Below, piece after piece: positions 27,137 through 32,000 of a stretch of DNA of 32,000 nt. The stretch covers positions 600,001 through 632,000 of the forward strand of contig NC_007614.1 in the NCBI RefSeq assembly GCF_000196355.1, in the 5' to 3' direction. The translations under genes and the position numbers were made by a program. Below the pieces are notes generated by a model. The model saw only the letters and a list, made by a program, of their open reading frames with translations. It had not been told where the DNA came from and ran no database searches. Numbering within the stretch: position 1 is the first letter of the stretch; every line of letters starts with the position of its first letter. This DNA comes from Nitrosospira multiformis ATCC 25196 (GTDB taxonomy: Bacteria > Pseudomonadota > Gammaproteobacteria > Burkholderiales > Nitrosomonadaceae).

Positions 27137-30100
27137 GGTCTTTCTTCTCAAGTTTGAAATTCACCTCGACTACAAATGAGTCTTCCAAGTGATAGAAATC
27201 AAGCTTCGGCTCTTTGTATATCGGTGAATTAATCGTACGCCATATCTTATGTAAACCACTTCGGCCTTCACGCTGGGCACGGCGTGGAGACTCATCACTT
27301 CTAAGCGAATCACGGAGCTTGCTGAGTTTGTCGCGTTCCGCCTGAGTAACTTTCGCAGGAGCGAGATTATTAGATATTCTCGCATTGAAAACGCCATTAG
27401 AAAAAGAAAGCTCTGCTTTTACAGTCAATTCATCCATCTCCAATCCCGACCTCAGCACAGCGTTTTCAAGAAGAACATGAAATACATACACCATTCCGTC
27501 CAAAGTGCGACCTGGCATTAAAGGGGTGTCTCGTGAGAGAGAGACTGAGGCACCATTCCAACCAGTTGCGTTGAACATGGTGTTTTTTACCATATTGAGG
27601 GCAATGTGAAAGGGAAAATCGGCAGCACAGTCCTGTCGGTCATATACTTCGCTCCTTTTAAACCAAGAAATAACTAGACCTAGCTGATTTTGAACGTTCG
27701 TTTTTGCTCTTCCTACAGCGTTTAATAAGTCGTTAATACCTGGGGCAGGGACACGATTTAGATGATTTGTTAATTTAACGAAAGGCTCCATCAGGCGGGC
27801 TCGTATGTCCGTATCTAACACGTATTGAACATTACGCAAATTTAGATCAGTTTTTTCCCAGAGAATGTCTACGTAATAATTTACGAATTCATCCATATTT
27901 GTAAAAGCTTTATCCTGCTCTTGGACGAATTTTCTTTCCCATTGCGATGAGCGATAAACAAATAGCGCGTTCTTGTTCTCGCCCGAATCCTTGAGTTCGT
28001 GAACTATTCTGATCTGAATAAGTTCATCTTTAAGATACTCAATAACACTATCGAACTCGCTTGAGAAAGTATCTAGTGCATCTAAAATTAGCTGCCACTC
28101 AGCCTGATATTCACTATAGCCCTTCTCTCCGTGACCCCAATATTGGTTACGTATATAGGATTTGCTCCCTTCTTCCCGTGAGGTTATGAGTCGCTCATCT
28201 GCAACTGGTTTACGGAGAGTATTACTTAATGTTCCGTGTCTAATTGTAGTGCTGAGGTATGCGTTAAGCCCATGGTCCCCACGTAAAAATTCATTTGTGA
28301 CTTCCGAAAATAGGGCTTCGAATTGTACGTCGGACTCGGAGCCCATATCGAGATTGAGATTAAGTGTTTGTATCTTCGATAGGGCTAAAGGGACGGAGAT
28401 CGAGTTCTCCTTGGCGAAAACCGCACCTAAATTAGTGATGAAATTTTTAGCAAATGATTGTTCTGGTTTTAATACTGACGTTTGAGATGAGCTTTTATAA
28501 CGAATGTATGAATCTTCAAGTTTCGTCTTCAGTGATTTTTTTATTGCTTCGATTTCTACATAAACTTTGCTCTGCTCAATGAGCCTAGTCCCCTTCGCTA
28601 TTTCCTGCTGTTTTACACGCTCTTTGATTTCATCGAAGTAAACTACCTCACCTTCCGGATCTAATTCGGCAAGTATGCGGCAAACTTTAATTCGAGCCTC
28701 TTCAATCTCTCTTGTTCCAGAATAAAGAATAGTATGTCTCATAATTTCTGGTGTCCAAATGTTTCTGAGATAGGCTATAACAAAAGGCTTCCCGAACTCT
28801 TCGATTCTTTCCGCAAGGTCTGATGGTTCATTTATCCGATTATTTACTTGGAATAGTTCAAACGAATATCGTAACTGCGCAATCTTTTCCGGTCCGCAGT
28901 ACAACGTGTAGAGTTGGAACAATAATGATGTCGATATTGATCTTGGCCAATCTGCGGGTTCTTTGAGTGCATCAGCAACCTGTTTGATAGGCAATAAGGT
29001 CGGCACATTCTGATTCTCAATATATGCTGCAACCGTTGTATCGACTGCTTCTGAGATGCGATCTAATTTCAAGAGTGCAAGTGCCGCTCCCCCTCGGGCT
29101 CGAATATTTTCGACGCCGGTTGTGTTCACAATTAACCACTGGAAATGTTCTGCAGCTCGTATGGGGCTACCAAAAGCCAGATGATAAACCGCTAGGTATT
29201 TCTGCTTTCTTATCTCGCTTATCGGCAGGGGTTCGTCGATCTGCCCGCTACTTACCAGGTCATACACGGCGCGCGTATAGGGAAATAATATTTTTAACTG
29301 CTCATCGTTAAGAATTTTAATTTTGGCTTGACCATTTGCCGCCACAGCACTAAAAGGCGTTACGTGAGGTTCCCTTATAAAGATATCCCTAAGTGGATCG
29401 GGTGGGAATGCAGCTTGTTCCGGACGTAGTTCATATCGAGTTACAGCCTCAAGATAGTGAACCCAAGAGTGTCCATAGAAGCGTTCGGATAAAGTAATGA
29501 GTGCAAAGGCCGCGGAGTAGGTATTCGTAGATAGACTGAGCACCTCGTGTAAGCTTCTAAATGCTTCCTTAAGAACTCCTTGTTGGTCGGGGTAGGAAAT
29601 CCCAGCTTGCAAGCAGGCCTTCAATCTCATAACTTGTATGGACATATCCTCCGGGAAGTCACGTAGATATGTCTCCGAATTTTGCGCCATGAGTGGGTAT
29701 TCGCCTTTTGTATATAATTCTATTAACTCTGCCCTTTGCTTGTTATAGACAGTAACAGTACTAGGCACGATATCTAGCCCCCTAAGTACGCCTGCCAGAC
29801 GAATGTCCTGCGTCCTTCTAAAGATAGCGACTAGTGGCTTTTCAATTACCGGTATCATTCCGGTTGAAATTGCTCGAGTTCGAGCCGCTGATTGAAGGAT
29901 AAATACCAAGGTTTCGTAGTGATCGATAACACAGGACTGGGCTTCCACGTATAGAGTGGCAGGTACATCATCAGTATGTATATGAGATAGCTCAAATAGT
30001 TTCGCTCTCAAATAGCTTTGAAGTATTGGATTGCTGTAGTCCCCAAACATCCTTAACAGCTCGGTCTTTAGATAACCTTTAAGTCCCGTTGCTTCAATTC

Positions 30101-30680
30101 GTTTTCCAATAAAACGTATAATCCAAGGCATCAGCTGATGGTCCTTGCACTCGTCCTCATACAGCTGCCCTAGTTTCCTGGCTTCTTCAATACCCTCCCA
30201 GAATTGTGCCGCAGCAATCTTGTTTTGTATGAGCCAGATTGAACATCCAAATTTTCTCTCAATAACATTAAGAATTTCATTGCATTTGCTCTTTGAGTTT
30301 CGGAGAAGGGAGCGCTCATATTCTTCGCGGAGATGTGTGAAGTCTTTCAATTCCTCACTAAATTGAAGGCAGCGGCAAACGCCCCAAATAAGCTCGTTAA
30401 ACGGCCCAGCGGGTTGATATAGCGCTGGCTTAGAAAATAGCTCTGAGGGTTTAACTGGAAACGCGGGACCGTGAACGAAATCTAGAGCGTTTTTTTGGCG
30501 AAAAATTCTTGGAAAGAAGGTGAAGAGCTCATCTACAGATGTTTGTATTTTTAGCTTTGCGATTTCTAAATGCCCTCGCATACGGATAGCACTCGCGATC
30601 TCGCCAATAATTCTGTCTTGTCTAGCTGATTGCTTATTTCTTATCTTTTTTGGATTTCTAATCCGCTTTGAGCTAGCCAT
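27117..30680 (-). CDS. dtcA: Detocs sensor: large helical/TPR-like repeat protein with C-terminal GHKL (histidine-kinase-like) ATPase module
   Basis: 1187 aa. TPR-like segment LAFGSPIRAAEHFQWLIVNTTGVENIRARGGAALALLKLDRISEAVDTTVAAY. C-terminal N-box-like DGMVYVFHVLLENAVLRSG and G2-box-like REGRSGLHKIWRTIN. First gene of the three-gene operon. Confidence 0.82.
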   Translation of the reverse strand: MASSKRIRNPKKIRNKQSARQDRIIGEIASAIRMRGHLEIAKLKIQTSVDELFTFFPRIFRQKNALDFVHGPAFPVKPSELFSKPALYQPAGPFNELIWGVCRCLQFSEELKDFTHLREEYERSLLRNSKSKCNEILNVIERKFGCSIWLIQNKIAAAQFWEGIEEARKLGQLYEDECKDHQLMPWIIRFIGKRIEATGLKGYLKTELLRMFGDYSNPILQSYLRAKLFELSHIHTDDVPATLYVEAQSCVIDHYETLVFILQSAARTRAISTGMIPVIEKPLVAIFRRTQDIRLAGVLRGLDIVPSTVTVYNKQRAELIELYTKGEYPLMAQNSETYLRDFPEDMSIQVMRLKACLQAGISYPDQQGVLKEAFRSLHEVLSLSTNTYSAAFALITLSERFYGHSWVHYLEAVTRYELRPEQAAFPPDPLRDIFIREPHVTPFSAVAANGQAKIKILNDEQLKILFPYTRAVYDLVSSGQIDEPLPISEIRKQKYLAVYHLAFGSPIRAAEHFQWLIVNTTGVENIRARGGAALALLKLDRISEAVDTTVAAYIENQNVPTLLPIKQVADALKEPADWPRSISTSLLFQLYTLYCGPEKIAQLRYSFELFQVNNRINEPSDLAERIEEFGKPFVIAYLRNIWTPEIMRHTILYSGTREIEEARIKVCRILAELDPEGEVVYFDEIKERVKQQEIAKGTRLIEQSKVYVEIEAIKKSLKTKLEDSYIRYKSSSQTSVLKPEQSFAKNFITNLGAVFAKENSISVPLALSKIQTLNLNLDMGSESDVQFEALFSEVTNEFLRGDHGLNAYLSTTIRHGTLSNTLRKPVADERLITSREEGSKSYIRNQYWGHGEKGYSEYQAEWQLILDALDTFSSEFDSVIEYLKDELIQIRIVHELKDSGENKNALFVYRSSQWERKFVQEQDKAFTNMDEFVNYYVDILWEKTDLNLRNVQYVLDTDIRARLMEPFVKLTNHLNRVPAPGINDLLNAVGRAKTNVQNQLGLVISWFKRSEVYDRQDCAADFPFHIALNMVKNTMFNATGWNGASVSLSRDTPLMPGRTLDGMVYVFHVLLENAVLRSGLEMDELTVKAELSFSNGVFNARISNNLAPAKVTQAERDKLSKLRDSLRSDESPRRAQREGRSGLHKIWRTINSPIYKEPKLDFYHLEDSFVVEVNFKLEKKDHEYLGH

Positions 30681-30829
30681 GTCTGAGATAAAAGTAGTTT
30701 AAATTCTTGATTCAATCTTCCAGATGGGGCATTAGGATACTTTAGAAGGCATTCAAGAAGCCTCAGACGTGTAAACCTTTAACCAGCTTATCGAGAAAAT
30801 ATCTAATGCAGAGACACCTCCATGGGGTT

Positions 30830-31699
30830 TTACCCCATTTCTCCGGACGGTTTGGTTAAGCCTAAATCCTGCTTCTGACGCATTTCCAGCTGTCGCCGTT
30901 TTCGCGGATTATGGAATCGCTCGATATAGTCGAAGATATCTGTGCGCGCCTCAGCCCGGGTTCGATACTGGCGACGATATACTCGCTCCCGCTTGAGCAA
31001 GCCAAAGAAGCTCTCTGCTGGCGCGTTGTCGGCACAACTACCGACAGCGCTCATGCTGCAAATCAGATTGTGTCCTTGCAGGAAGCGTTGATACTCGTCA
31101 CTGGTAAACTGACAGCCGCGATCTGAGTGCAGGATGACGGGAGTTTTTGCCTCACGCTGCCAAAGCGCCATGAGTACGGCCTGCAGCACCAGTTGCGGAT
31201 CCTGGCAGTGGCTCATTGACCAGCCGACCACGATGCCCGAGTACAGGTCCACGACCACGCACAGATAAAGCCAGCTTTCCTGAGTGCGCACATAGGTTAT
31301 GTCCGTCACCCACCGGCTGTTGGGCTCACTTGCTGTAAAGTCCCGCTGCAAGTGATTGTGCACATTCTCCGGTCGAAGGCCACAGACCTTCTTGTGCCAG
31401 CGTTTACGCTGCGGGATGCCATACAACCTCTGCTGGCGCATCAGCCGTGCTATGCGGTTCAACCCACACGCCTCGCCTTCATAACGCAACTCCTTCCAGA
31501 CTCGAGGACTGCCCATCACCCCATCGCTGCCATCATGAATCTTCCTGATGCGCTCCAGCAAACGCCGGTCATCATGCGCTCTCTGACTCAAGGGGCGATC
31601 TCGCCAATCATAGTAGCCGCTGGTTGATACATGCAGACAACGACACATCAGGCGAATGGGGAAGGCATCGCGGCAGCGTTCGATCATGCGATATCTCAT
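30830..31699 (-). CDS. IS3-family transposase OrfB (DDE integrase core)
   Basis: DDE segments WVTDITYVRT, VILHSDRGCQFTS and SCADNAPAESFFGLLKRE. Confidence 0.95.
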   Translation of the reverse strand: MRYRMIERCRDAFPIRLMCRCLHVSTSGYYDWRDRPLSQRAHDDRRLLERIRKIHDGSDGVMGSPRVWKELRYEGEACGLNRIARLMRQQRLYGIPQRKRWHKKVCGLRPENVHNHLQRDFTASEPNSRWVTDITYVRTQESWLYLCVVVDLYSGIVVGWSMSHCQDPQLVLQAVLMALWQREAKTPVILHSDRGCQFTSDEYQRFLQGHNLICSMSAVGSCADNAPAESFFGLLKRERVYRRQYRTRAEARTDIFDYIERFHNPRKRRQLEMRQKQDLGLTKPSGEMG

Positions 31700-31983
31700 T
31701 TCGACGCTTTCGCGAATAACGCCGCCGCTTCTTTTAAAAAATCACGCTCCTTCCTAACTTGGATCAGCTCACGTTTGAGCGCAGCCATCTCCTCATCACG
31801 GGGCCTGCCCTGACCCTGAAAGGCTTTATTACCGACCGAGCCCATTTCCCGGCACCACCGGCTCAGCATATTGGGATCAATCCCCAGATCACGCGCGATC
31901 CGGCTTGCCGGCACATTGCCAGACCGAACTAGTTGTACCGCTTCCTGCTTGAACTCCGCTGCATATTTCCTTCGCGTTGCCAT
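31696..31983 (-). CDS. IS3-family transposase OrfA (HTH)
   Basis: RRKYAAEFKQEAVQLVRSGNVPASRIARDLGIDPNMLSRWCRE...ELIQVRKERDFLKEAAALFAK; SD aggaggtgtgtc before the ATG. Confidence 0.93.
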   Translation of the reverse strand: MATRRKYAAEFKQEAVQLVRSGNVPASRIARDLGIDPNMLSRWCREMGSVGNKAFQGQGRPRDEEMAALKRELIQVRKERDFLKEAAALFAKASK

Positions 31984-32000
31984 GACACACCTCCTGACTC

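Larger units (their letters stand above)
30830..31983 (-). mobile_element. IS3-family insertion sequence (orfA + orfB coding part; exact IS termini not resolved)
   Basis: OrfA 31696-31983 and OrfB 30830-31699 overlap through ATGA, adjacent to the Detocs operon. Confidence 0.9.

Noticed and set aside
30811-32000. Shared GGAGGTGT near both ends of the IS3 element, considered as terminal inverted repeats
   Set aside because: The copies are in the same rather than inverted orientation relative to transcription, and the one near 31990 is simply the Shine-Dalgarno of orfA. True IS ends could not be defined.
1-32000. CRISPR array, rRNA or tRNA genes
   Set aside because: No regularly spaced direct repeats were seen, and no tRNA cloverleaf or rRNA-like sequence was recognised by eye. 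A tRNAscan/Infernal run would be needed to exclude small RNAs.

Overview
The window looks like a betaproteobacterial chromosome segment in three parts; a Nitrosospira-like origin is my inference, not shown. (1) About 1-17.2 kb is an accessory region rich in oxygen/peroxide-using enzymes: a di-heme c-type cytochrome lipoprotein (RoxA/RoxB-like, truncated by the left edge), a tyrosinase, a small unknown protein, a TM-containing unknown protein with an internal repeat, a DyP-type peroxidase, a catalase-related heme protein, a lipoxygenase and a cyclooxygenase-like heme dioxygenase. These are followed by a subtilase/alpha-beta hydrolase pair. An M36-peptidase remnant and a duplicated lipoxygenase 3' tail lie in the middle of the region. 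(2) About 17.5-25.3 kb is housekeeping: RNase II-like, TonB-like, aroE, mtgA, mgtE, and lysA with the tiny lptM gene overlapping it. (3) About 25.4-30.7 kb is a tightly overlapping three-gene operon on the minus strand. It encodes a 1187-aa helical-repeat protein with a C-terminal GHKL-ATPase-like module, a stand-alone receiver, and a receiver fused to a nucleoside-phosphorylase domain. This matches the architecture of the Detocs anti-phage system (DtcA/DtcB/DtcC). An IS3-family insertion sequence borders it. The main findings are the Detocs operon and the possible oxylipin/lipid-oxidation cluster, which combines COX-like, LOX and catalase-related (allene-oxide-synthase-like) genes. All homology calls come from motif recognition by eye; no searches were run.
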